DNA of 29,720 nt, taken from positions 1-29,720 of the forward strand of contig NW_021832493.1 in NCBI RefSeq assembly GCF_006345805.1, given 5' to 3'. The DNA is from Octopus sinensis. Lineage: Eukaryota. Within the stretch, counting starts at the first letter, position 1; the number at the start of each line of letters is the position of its first letter. Below the pieces are notes generated by a model. The model saw nothing but the letters and a program-made list of their open reading frames with translations. It made no database searches and was not told the origin of the DNA. This document shows positions 12,675 to 23,260 of this stretch, piece by piece. A program made the translations under genes and the position numbers.

Positions 12675-13298
12675 GAATATATTCACAGACTCGATAGAAT
12701 TGGGACCTACATACAGTGGAATCTATGCCAAACACTATGGAATTGGGACCTACATACAGTGGAATCTATGCCAAACACTATGGAATAATAACAGAAGAAA
12801 TATGGTATAGGCACACACCAGAAAATGTCACAGAAAACGAGTAATCAACCATACTCTTGGATATGCCAATACACACAGGTAGAGAAATTAAGGCCAACAG
12901 GCCAGATATAGTTGAAGAAAAAAAATGCTTTCTAAATGATGTATCAGTACCAGCAGATGACAACGTTTCTCTAAAAGAAATGGAGAAACTTTCAAAATAC
13001 AAAGACCTGGAAATAGAGGTAACTCGAATGTGGAATCTAAAAACAGAAACAATTCCTATCATAGTAGGCACATAAGGTATGATAAAAAAATATTCAGACA
13101 AATACATAAGAAAAACACCAGGACTTACAAATATATATAACATACAGAAAATTGCACTACTGGACGCTGCACACATCCTACGCAAAACACTTTCAATATA
13201 GTAACCGTAAGAGCATCACAACAAGTCACAGCACATACCCATGGCACATATAGCTGCGCTTGGTAGTGAAGTGAAAGGACACTATAAAAATAAAACTA

Positions 13299-13302
<4 letters not shown>
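12671..13302 (+). mobile_element. R4/Dong-type RLE 3' fragment (same family as 11930-12328)
   Basis: KEYIHR.DRIGTYIQW; DMPIHTGREIKANRPDIVEEKKCFLNDVSVPADDNVSLKEMEKLSKYKDLEIEVTRMWNLKTETIPIIVG (PD..D...K RLE motif); QKIALL..AHILRKTLSI. (TAA)n tail 13302-13380. Confidence 0.92.
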
Positions 13303-13354
<52 letters not shown>

Positions 13355-14134
13355 TAATAATAATACTAATAATAATAATGTGTATAATTTCATTAGCAAA
13401 AGGTCACGATTAATGAGAATAATGTGTCTTTGATTGAAGAGAGTCAGTGGTCGGTAGGAAAAATGATGTGAAAAAAAAAAAGCCAATCAGAGTAGCCAGA
13501 CGTAGTAAGGTGAAACAAAAAGAAAAAAATAGGAAAAAATGCTAAGCGCCCGAAGTGTGTGAAGGGAGGTGTAAAATGAGTCGATCGATAATTGAAATCC
13601 GTACGCTGTCCCTTAATCCTAAACCAACAAATTTCTTTAAATATGTCATACTATTTTCTTAATGTCTCTTGCCGTTTCTTATCTCTATTAAATTAATGTT
13701 ATATAGAGGCAGCTATCCTTCTCATTGATCGACAAAAAAAAAAACCTTCCCTCTCTCTCTTTCTCTCTCCTCACCTGATCAGAATCAATATCTGCTTAAT
13801 GCTTAATATTTTCCTTCGAAACTATTCATTATATTATTTATTATTGTTAGTTTTAGTTTTCTTAAAGAATTCTTTAAAATAATCTCTTGCTCTATCTCTC
13901 CAACGTATTTTAATTCCATCTGGCTGGTGCCATCTATTTTGTTAATTCTGTCGCAGATAATTCTCTTTAATCAACCAGTTCTAATATGAACCACTACTGT
14001 TGAATAAGAAAGCATTGCTGTCTTGGCAATATTTTCCAATTTATTCAAATGATTAAGCTAACATCAATTTTTTTAAAGGATCGATATTGTCGGGTATTTC
14101 TTACTGTACGCCAGAGCATAACTTTCATAACAAT

Positions 14135-14148
14135 CTCTATCTATATAT

Positions 14149-14245
<97 letters not shown>

Positions 14246-14321
14246 CATCCATCCATTCATTTATCTCTCTCTCTCTCTCACTCACTAATCTACCTATCTA
14301 TCTATTCATCCATCCATTTAG

Positions 14322-14391
<70 letters not shown>

Positions 14392-14510
14392 GTTTGTCTG
14401 TCTATCTGTCTGTCTGTCTGTCTGTCTATCTGTCCGTCTGTCTGTTTGTCTATCCGTCCATTTATCCATCCATCTTTCTTTTCCTTCACTCTCTCTCTCC
14501 CCTCTCTCTA
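14135..14510. repeat. (TATC)n/(TGTC)n/(CT)n microsatellite
   Basis: Direct reading. Confidence 0.95.
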
Positions 14511-15232
14511 TTTGTGTGTGTGGTGGTGTATTTGCAAAAACGCCGCTCTATCCCTTATGCCAAAAAGACACAAACACATATATAACGCAAAAATATAATT
14601 AAAAAAATATGTGAAGACGTTAAAAGAATCGGCTATGAATGGGGATTATTCCTAAAGTTGTCTTTACAGATTAATAATTCGTTTCATGCTATTAAATGAA
14701 ATCTCGAGTTTACCAAAATCTCGAGAGATTCTGATAAATTTCGTCTCTTCAAGAATCCTAGTTGTGATGCAGTTTGAGAAATTAATCACATTTGTTTGTT
14801 TGTTTGTTTGTTTGTTTTTCGTTTAAGAATCATGTTTTTATCATAAATTTGCATATTCTTATAAATTTGTTTTAAAGTTCTTTAAAATAGGTGGAACTTT
14901 GAAATTCTTGCTTCAGCAAACACGTTTGGAAGACTGGATTCCAACATCGTAGCTGTTGACTTGTTAAGAATGTAATGCATATAATCTGAATGGCAACTGA
15001 TATTTACTACAGCTGAGGTGTTTAATGTCTTAATAGTAACGCTACACTACAATTATACTGCGTTACTTAATACTTAAACTAAAACGAGGCCATGGTGTTG
15101 CGGAGGAGGCGTATACATACATACAGAAAAATATACATCACATCTGAAACGCGCGCATATGGAGACGTATTCTAGAAACATTATATATAATATATATATA
15201 TACCTATATGTATATATATGTATGTATATATG

Positions 15233-15400
15233 TAGATCGGTAGCCACTACACACATTTTTTCCTGTGTCCCTTTTCTGTAGAAGAGCGTAGGCTCGAAAC
15301 GTAAAAGACTTTTTCTATTCCTGAGCGTTATACTAATACATCTGTTTGTTTTGTACACCACCTGACTTCGTCTTTTGTTTGTTCGTGAACTCTCCCCCCC
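15233..15400 (+). mobile_element. Family H2 hammerhead repeat, copy 2
   Basis: Homologous to 3648-3832. Motif CUGUAGA(15276-82) A GAGC-GUAG-GCUC GAAA CGU A AAAG(15307). Confidence 0.75.
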
Positions 15401-15445
15401 TATATATATATACATACCTCTATGCATATACATATATGTATATAT

Positions 15446-15494
<49 letters not shown>

Positions 15495-15540
15495 CATTCA
15501 CACACTCGCATGTAGATATATATATATCTATTTAGGTATA

Positions 15541-15711
15541 TTTTATCTTTTTATCCCTTTTAGACATTAGACTGCGGCCATTCTATGTCACCGCGCTGAG
15601 GGGATTAGTCAAATGAATCGACTTATATACTTGGTTTACCTGTTTAAAACCTGGTATTTATTCTATTAAAATTCTGGTGCCGAACCGCTAAGTTACAGGG
15701 ACATAAACACC
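15541..15711 (-). mobile_element. SINE family B, 3' part
   Basis: TTTTATCTTTTA tail, ATTAGACTGCGGCCAT...GCCGAACCGCTAAGTTACAGGGACATAAACAC shared with the 17438 and 25457 copies. Confidence 0.8.
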
Positions 15712-15780
15712 CGTCTTGGACTGGGCGTTTGTTTCTCTGTTCATCATGTCGTGTCTCAAACCATATTCGTATGTCATTAC

Positions 15781-15995
15781 TAAGACGGCAGCTGACAGAA
15801 TTGTTAGCACGTCGGACAAAGTGTTTAGCGGCATTCTATCCGTCGTTATGACCTGAGTTCAAACTCCACCAACGTCGACTTTTCCTTTCATCATTTCGGT
15901 TTCAATAAATTAAGTCCTAGTTGAGTATTAGTGTCAAAGAAATCGACCTCCTCAAAAGCTGCTGGCTCTGCACCAAAATTTGACACCATTATTAT
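15781..15995 (+). mobile_element. tRNA-derived SINE family C
   Basis: B-box-like GAGTTCAAACTCC 15855-67, TCAATAAATTA body and CAAAATTTGA.AC.ATTATTAT tail, shared with 29009-29160. Confidence 0.75.
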
Positions 15996-17099
15996 GTCAT
16001 TGCTAAGAATCTTTTATGACGTAGTATGTTCGATATTTTTCAGGACGCCATTTTATTTATCATCATTATTTTGCATACAAAATATCGAGAGAGTCAAAAT
16101 GTGTTTGAATTCTTCGTGATCGCGTTGAACGTTTGGCTTTCTCGAAACAAGAATATATGAAATAATTTAACGCTAATTTCATCATAAAGTCGGACTTACA
16201 AACTCAGGAATACTCGTTGATAAATGCAAAACTGGGAACTCTGTAAGCATGCTTAAAATGCTAAACTTAAATTAACTGAAATAAAGAATGTTAATCATAG
16301 AGATAGTCTATGCTGGGTTGAGATTCTGCTTACCAAATACCAAATACGCTGTTTTAGACGAAAGTGAGTATCAGAAATTTATTATTTATCTATCACCTCA
16401 CTGCAAGAAAATCACAAATCTATATCTGACACCATTTTTACACATATAGTTTAGTTCTACGTTTACTGACATAAATTCTATGGCCGTTTGTAAAATATTG
16501 TATCTCAGAGATTCAATATTAAAGAAAGTGAATGACGAAGAAACATTTTAAACTAGAAAATAAGATGATCATTATTTCTAAATTGCCAAAACATTACTCA
16601 AATGAATATACAAAGATGCTAATATACATCGGAGATACGTTCAGTGATGTTGCAGTGATGTTGCAACTAGAAATGGTTGCTTAAATCTTTACTATTTCCA
16701 TATATATTGCCGATTTATTTTTGTAGAATACTGAAAATTCTATAAGGTTTAAAACAGCGAATTTATTTCCTGGTTATAAAACATAAGCACGATGTCATAA
16801 ACACAAGATGTTTTCTTAAAATTCAGGCCGATTGCACTTAAATATTTAGTGTCTGAGAAATATGAGAAACTAAAGCGAAAATTCACATTATAACTAATAC
16901 TGGAACATCATTGTGTGAAGATTTAGAGTAATAAATCTTTACGTATAGGGTAGTACGTGAATTTGAGTGTAGTATTATGTATCTGTTATGAGCCTCTCTA
17001 AGGAAAGACTCACTGTGTATACAATCAATGCATTTTGAGATGATTGTTGTTGTTACAGGTACTGGTGTAGTTGCTTGGTGTTAGTTGAAGTCTCATTAT

Positions 17100-17231
17100 T
17101 TTGCACACACACACACATACATATATATATAGTATATATATATATATATTATATATATATAATATATATATATATATACATACATATATATATATATTAT
17201 ATATATATGTATATATATATATATATGTATG

Positions 17232-17278
<47 letters not shown>

Positions 17279-17328
17279 CATACATGTGTATATATGTGTA
17301 CATACATATATATATATATATACATATG

Positions 17329-17387
<59 letters not shown>

Positions 17388-17393
17388 ATATAT

Positions 17394-17428
<35 letters not shown>

Positions 17429-17440
17429 TATATATATACT
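17100..17440. repeat. Long interrupted (TA)n array
   Basis: Direct reading. Confidence 0.95.
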
Positions 17441-17661
17441 CTTTTACTCTTTTACTTGTTTCACTCATTTGCCTGCGGCCATGCTGAAGCACCGCCTTTA
17501 GTCGAGCACATCGACCCCAGGACTTATTCTTTTTAAGCCTAGTACTTATTCTATCGGCCTCTTTTGCCGAAACTCTAAGTTACGGGGACGTAAACACACC
17601 AGCATCGGTTGTCAAGCGATGTTGGTGGGGGGGTGCAAACACAGACATACAAACACACACA

Positions 17662-17717
<56 letters not shown>

Positions 17718-17809
17718 TTATACATACGACGGGCTTCTTTCAGTTTCCGTCTACCAAATCCACTCACAAGGCTTTGGTCGACCCGAAGCTATAGTAGAAG
17801 ACACTTGCC
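17438..17809 (-). mobile_element. SINE family B, head-less copy with internal (CA/TA)n
   Basis: On the minus strand: GGCAAGTGTCTTCTACTATAG...GGATTTGGTAGACGGAAACTGAAAGAAGCCCGTCG, microsatellite, body, and (GTAAAAGA)n tail. Confidence 0.88.
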
Positions 17810-17947
17810 TCATAATCATCATCATTATCATCATTCAATTGTCCGTTTGTCCGGGCATCTGAAATAAAACATTCATTATGAGGTATAAAATTTTACAGAT
17901 ATCAATCTCTCTCTCCCCCCTCTCTCTCTCTCTATCTATCTATCCTG

Positions 17948-18071
17948 TTGAAAATTAAAGAAACACAAAATTTGAAGACAGGCGTATAAACAACAAACTG
18001 GTGTATTAGTATGACGCTTGGGAAGGTGAGAAAGTCTTTTACGTTTTGAGCCTACGCTCTTCAACAGAAAT
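17948..18071 (-). mobile_element. Family H2 hammerhead repeat, copy 3 (core G12 mutated)
   Basis: Reverse complement: CUGUUGA A GAGC-GUAG-GCUC AAAA CGU A AAAGAC. GAAA has become AAAA at 18047. Confidence 0.72.
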
Positions 18072-18129
18072 CTATCTATTGATCTATCTGTCTGTTTGTT
18101 TGTTTGCTTACTGCATGTTTGTTTTTCTG

Positions 18130-18161
<32 letters not shown>

Positions 18162-18185
18162 TCTCTCTATCAATATATGCATGTA

Positions 18186-18257
<72 letters not shown>

Positions 18258-18261
<4 letters not shown>

Positions 18262-18456
18262 GATTGGTGCATACGTCTGGACCCATAGAGAAATTACAAA
18301 AAAGTATTTCTTATCTTTAACATGATTTTGATCATATATTTATCAAATCTAATTTTATGTATCTGTCTTTCATATCAGTAGATATGGCAGAAAAGCTAAC
18401 GATTTCAGAAAGAGCAGAACTTGTTGCCTATTGGTCCAAACTTTTGCACCACCCTG
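18258..18456 (+). mobile_element. Internally deleted Tc1/mariner-superfamily element (MITE-size)
   Basis: Right end GGTCCAAACTTTTGCACCACCCTG (18433-56) is the reverse complement of CAGGGTGGTGCAAAAGTTTGGACC. Degenerate left end CATAGATTGGTGCATACGTCTGGACC. TA on both flanks. Internal MAEKLTISERAELVAY looks like a transposase N-terminus. Confidence 0.65.
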
Positions 18457-18752
18457 TATATGTGTGTGTATGTATACATATATCAGAGATTGAAATCGCT
18501 TTGAGTGGTATTTTCCTTCTGATCATAGTCTACGTGTGATCACGGTATTTAACTCATCATACACACGTACCTACCGACGAGTGGGTACCTTTTATATTCG
18601 TCAAGATCCGTACCTCTAATCGAGTAGCTAAAATCCTTATCTTAGCCATCTACTCACACATCTATTGCATAAGTAAAAATCAGAATTCTCAAGTCCAACT
18701 ACTGCTTCCATCGTAGTTGTACCGTAGCAACTCAGGAAGCTAAAATACATAC

Positions 18753-19047
18753 CTACAGCCCCTGGGGGAAAAATAGGACCGAGCCATTCTCACAAAACGC
18801 GTAGCGATCAAGCAACTTCACAACATTTTCAGGACTATCGTCGAGGCTGCGACAGATGCGCATTAGAACATCCCACGATTCATAAATTTGCACTCGTTCC
18901 AGACTAGAGTCGACCCTTCTCGTTCTTTTCTAAAATGGGGAAGTCCATCTCGGCGGCATTTGAGCGCAGAATGGAAAGCCGAAATGAAGAAAAAAGATGA
19001 TAATGCAGTTGGGTCAGCTCGCCATATTTGATCCATAATAGGTAACA
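18753..19047 (-). other. Candidate internal exon (5' leader or first coding exon) containing multiple short ORFs
   Basis: Repeat-free, GC-elevated island bounded by acceptor CTTGCTTTCATATTATTCTCATTAG| (AG 19049-48) and donor TAG|GTATGT (GT 18752-51). No homology recognised. Confidence 0.5.
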
Positions 19048-19074
19048 CTAATGAGAATAATATGAAAGCAAGTA

Positions 19075-19308
19075 CATCATAAGTAGTAGTAGAAGTGGTA
19101 GTGGTAGCAGCTGTGGTAGGAGTAGTAGTAGTAGTTTTAGCAGCTGTAGTAGTAGTAGAAATAGTAGTGGCAGCAGCTTTAGTTGTAAAAATAGTAGCAG
19201 CAGCAGAGCTGTAGTAGTAGTGGTTTTAGCAGCTATATAAGTAGTAGTAGCAGTAGTAGTACTTTAGTTATAGTAGTAGTAGCAGCAGTTTTAGCAGCTA
19301 TAGTAATC

Positions 19309-19355
<47 letters not shown>

Positions 19356-19767
19356 TGTTGTTTTAGCGACTGCAGCAGAAGCTGTGGCTTTTGTAATAGT
19401 AGTAGCATTAATAGTGGTAATAGTAGTAGTACAAGCAGCAGCAGCAGCGAAAGCAGCAGTGTCAGCAGCAGCAGCAGCAGCAGTAACAGGAGTATTTTGT
19501 TGTGAAGTTGGTTTGAAGCACAGATTTAAAGTTTTGAGATGTTGAAAAGAAATTACAGCAGGAAACGACAAACGCGAAAATCAAAGTTTGAGACAATGAA
19601 AGCTGGAATGAACGAAGAAAATAAAGAGAAGAAAAGGAAACAATAATAATAGTAGTAGTAGTCGTATTAGTAGTAGTAGTAGTAGTAGTAGTCGTATTAG
19701 TAGTAGTAGTATTAGTAGTAGTAGTAGTAGTAGTAGTAGTATAGTAGTAGTAGTAGTAATAATAATA

Positions 19768-19810
<43 letters not shown>
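19075..19810. repeat. Degenerate (TAG)n/(CAG)n and (TAG)n-(TAA)n trinucleotide arrays
   Basis: Direct reading. Confidence 0.9.
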
Positions 19811-19811
<1 letters not shown>

Positions 19812-19868
19812 GGTAAAAAATAATAATTTTCTAGAGGTAAATTGCTAATACGTAGCACCTGACAATAC

Positions 19869-20030
19869 CTGCGATAAATTGTCTTTGAGTTTAGCGTCTT
19901 GTGGATTAGGAAAAAAATGGCTGATTTTTCACCGTCAGACATAATTCAGAGCTTATCGCAGTCGCTCAGTCGCTGAACGGCGGCGCTACATTACGGGAAA
20001 ATGGGGGAGGCGTGCGAGAAAGTAAGAGAG
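19869..20030 (-). other. Candidate first exon in a CpG-enriched island
   Basis: Donor CGCAG|GTATTG (GT 19868-67). ATG at 19942 gives MSDGEKSAIFFLIHKTLNSKTIYR plus 2 nt. Locally CpG-rich (CGGCGGCGC). Upstream boundary is uncertain. Confidence 0.4.
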
Positions 20031-20049
20031 TGATTGAATTTATGAATAG

Positions 20050-20309
20050 TGTGTGTGTGTGTGTGTGTGTGGAGAAGTTGAGCTAGGGAACAAGGAAAGG
20101 TGTGAGTAGATAGGAATAAAGAGAAAAAAAATGGAAGAAAAAGTGAATGTGATGGAATTTGTGAAAGAGTGAATATATGTGAATGAGCGAATGAAATGCA
20201 TATATACGCGTACACTACTGTATATATACATCTAGAGATAGATAAATAGATAAGCTCACACACACACACACACATACACACGCACACACACACACACACA
20301 CATACACAC

Positions 20310-20371
<62 letters not shown>

Positions 20372-20710
20372 TTATTTATATAGACCGAAAGAGAGAGAGA
20401 GAGAGAAAGAGAGAGAATAAGAGAGATATGAACAGAGAGAGAGAATCAGAGAGAGATGAACAGAGAGAGAGAGAGAGCGAGATGGGTTGACATAAAGAAG
20501 CAAAGAGAAACAGAGAAAGAGAGAGAGAATTAAAGGGATAGACACAAAGAGATAGAGACAGAGAAAAAAGATAAACAGGGAGAGAGGGAGAGAGAGAGAG
20601 GGGGTGAGGTCGATAGAGAAAAGAAGCGAGAGAGAAGAATCTATGAAATACTGCGTGTGTGTATGTCTGTGTGTATATGGATATGTGCATGTGTGTGTGT
20701 GTGTGTGTTT
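20050..20710. repeat. (GT)n, (CA)n and degenerate (GA)n tracts
   Basis: Direct reading. Confidence 0.9.
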
Positions 20711-20779
20711 TTCGTATGAATGACTGACTGTGAGTTAATGATTGAATGAATGAGAGAATGAGCGAGTGAGCGAACCGGG

Positions 20780-20920
20780 GGGGGGGTTGATTGGGTGAAA
20801 AGAACGAGGGAAAATGTAATAGTGAAACGAGACGAAATGGCGCCAGTCAAAATGGCGTCATCGTGGAGAGAAAATGTAATAAGCTGATGAAAATGCGTAT
20901 TGTGCGCGGTGCTTATCTCA
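20780..20920. promoter_or_regulatory. Possible promoter segment with two YY1-like motifs
   Basis: AAATGGCGCC (20835-44) and AAAATGGCGTC (20849-59) in a unique CpG-containing stretch next to a long (GA)n tract. Confidence 0.3.
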
Positions 20921-21019
20921 ATAATGCGTTGTATTTAATAAGTTTATTTAGCTGAAGATATTTCAACAGGCATATGATGAGCTGGTTCGATTTTCGGGGT
21001 GGGTTTATACTGATGTTAT

Positions 21020-21274
21020 TTACGTTGTTGTTGTTGTTGTTGCTGCTGTTGTTGTTATTGTAGGATTTGTGTTTTTGGTGTTTTTTGGTGATGGTGACAT
21101 TGATGTTATTGTTGAAGTAGTAGCAGCAGCAGCAGCAATTGTGGAGATTGTAGCAGTAGCAGTGGTGATGGTGGTAGTAGTAGTAGTAGTAGTAGTGGTT
21201 GTAGTGGTAATAGTAGTGTTAGTACTAGCAGTGGTGGTGATGGTGGCGTGGGGGTAGATGAAGTAGTAGTAGTA

Positions 21275-21326
<52 letters not shown>

Positions 21327-21448
21327 GGCAATTGTGGTGAGGGTGGTGGTGGTGGTGGTGGTGGTTTTTACTGCTGCTGTGAAAGCAGCTGCTACACTGT
21401 TGGTGAAAGTGGCGCTGATTGAAACGATGATTTTGTTATCGCATCATC

Positions 21449-21479
<31 letters not shown>

Positions 21480-21603
21480 CCACCACCATCACCATCATCG
21501 ACATCATCATCAACGTCATCACCATCATCGTCATCATCATCAACATCATCATCATCATTATCATCATCATCATCATCATTACCACCACCACCCCACCATC
21601 TTT

Positions 21604-21637
<34 letters not shown>

Positions 21638-22353
21638 CCACCATCATCATCCTCCTCCTCCTCCCCATCACCATCATCATCATCATTATCATCATCATCA
21701 TCATCACCATCATCATCAACATCATCATCACCACCACTACCACCATCATCATCATCATCATTATCATCATCATCACCATCATCATCATCGTCTTCACTCT
21801 CATCACCATAATCCCTATCATTGTCATCGTCATCACTACCACATCCACCGTAATCAATGTCATCATTGTCATCGTCCAACAACGCCATCAGTTTGTCATC
21901 GCCGACGAGATGGCTTCACAGCTGACGTGATTCTTCACGCCAAAATCAAGACCACACACATCGTAGCCCCGAAGGCCACCCGTATCGGATCCAGCGCCAG
22001 TGTCATCGTCAATAACAACAACACTAACAAGTACTAACTCATCATCATGGTCATAATCATAATCATCATCTTCATTAGTGCCACCACCTCCACCACCACC
22101 TCCACCACCACCTCCACCACCACCAACACCACCACCGCCGCCGCCATCACTACCGCCACCACCGCCGCCGCCGCCACCACCACTGCCGCCACCACCACTG
22201 CCGCCGCCAACACCACCACCACCACCACCACCAACACCACCACCACCATCACCAGCACCTCCACTACCACCACCACCACCACCACCGCCAACACCACCGC
22301 CACCACCATCACCATCACCATCGTTATCGTTGTCGACTATCATCATCATCACT

Positions 22354-22384
<31 letters not shown>

Positions 22385-22660
22385 CCATCACCATCGTCAG
22401 TCATCATCACCATCGTCATCATCACCATCATCATCATCGTCGTCATCTTCACCAACACCACCACCACCACCACCACCACTACCACAATCATCATCATCAT
22501 CGTCGTCGTTGTCGCCGTCATCTTCATTACCGCCGCCAACCCCCACCACCACCACCATCATCATCATCACTACCATTTAATCATCATCATCATTATCCTC
22601 ATCATCGTCGTCGTCATCATCATCATCATCACGATCGTTCATCATTGTCGTGGTCGTCGC
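21020..22660. repeat. Large compound trinucleotide field (GTT/TAG/TGG, then CAT/CAC/CGC)
   Basis: Direct reading. A unique island at ~21880-22045 interrupts it. Confidence 0.92.
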
Positions 22661-23044
22661 CATCAATTACGTTTCACTAATAGAAGTGTCAGCGTGTGTG
22701 TGTGTGGGGGGGGGACTCTGCTTTTGCTGGTGTTGTTTCCCAACACCGTCTTCCCCCCACCCCACGGCTGCTGTGACTTAACTCATTATATCGGATGACG
22801 TCTTCTCCGTACCTCTCTATCTGTCACTGATTATGTTGCTAACAAGGAACGGTGATCGCGTGTCTAATATCACATATACACCACACATACATCCCACTAC
22901 ACGCACGCAAGCACACAGATGAATGCAGCACGCACGTACGGTGACACATGAATATGTGGATATTAAGTCATTGTCAAGTGAGTATGACGATTGCTAAACA
23001 AACGTGGTATTAATGATGATATATATTTTACTTTAGAGAGACCC

Positions 23045-23260
23045 AAATGATATAAATGTTATAATATTCGTTGTATTATGCGATATAAGATACTGTGCTA
23101 TACAGGAAATATTCAATAAATATCAGTCTCAGTGTAGGATGTTATATATAGTGTGACATGATATTATATACGATGCATCATACAGTGATTTTCGACATGA
23201 TATTCAATGGTAAATAGTATCATATATATTGATATGCTGCGCGAAAATATAGGGGTATTG
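23045..23260. repeat. Highly degenerate AT-rich repeat, roughly 5-nt period (TGATA/ATATA-like)
   Basis: Recurrent TGATA/GATAT/ATACA words at about 5-nt spacing, judged by eye. Confidence 0.4.

Noticed and set aside
12697-12786. CRISPR-like direct repeats
   Set aside because: Only two abutting units with no spacer, inside a retrotransposon ORF in eukaryotic DNA.
16642-16665. 11-bp direct repeat CAGTGATGTTG x2
   Set aside because: A simple slippage duplication with no intervening element, so it is not a target-site duplication.
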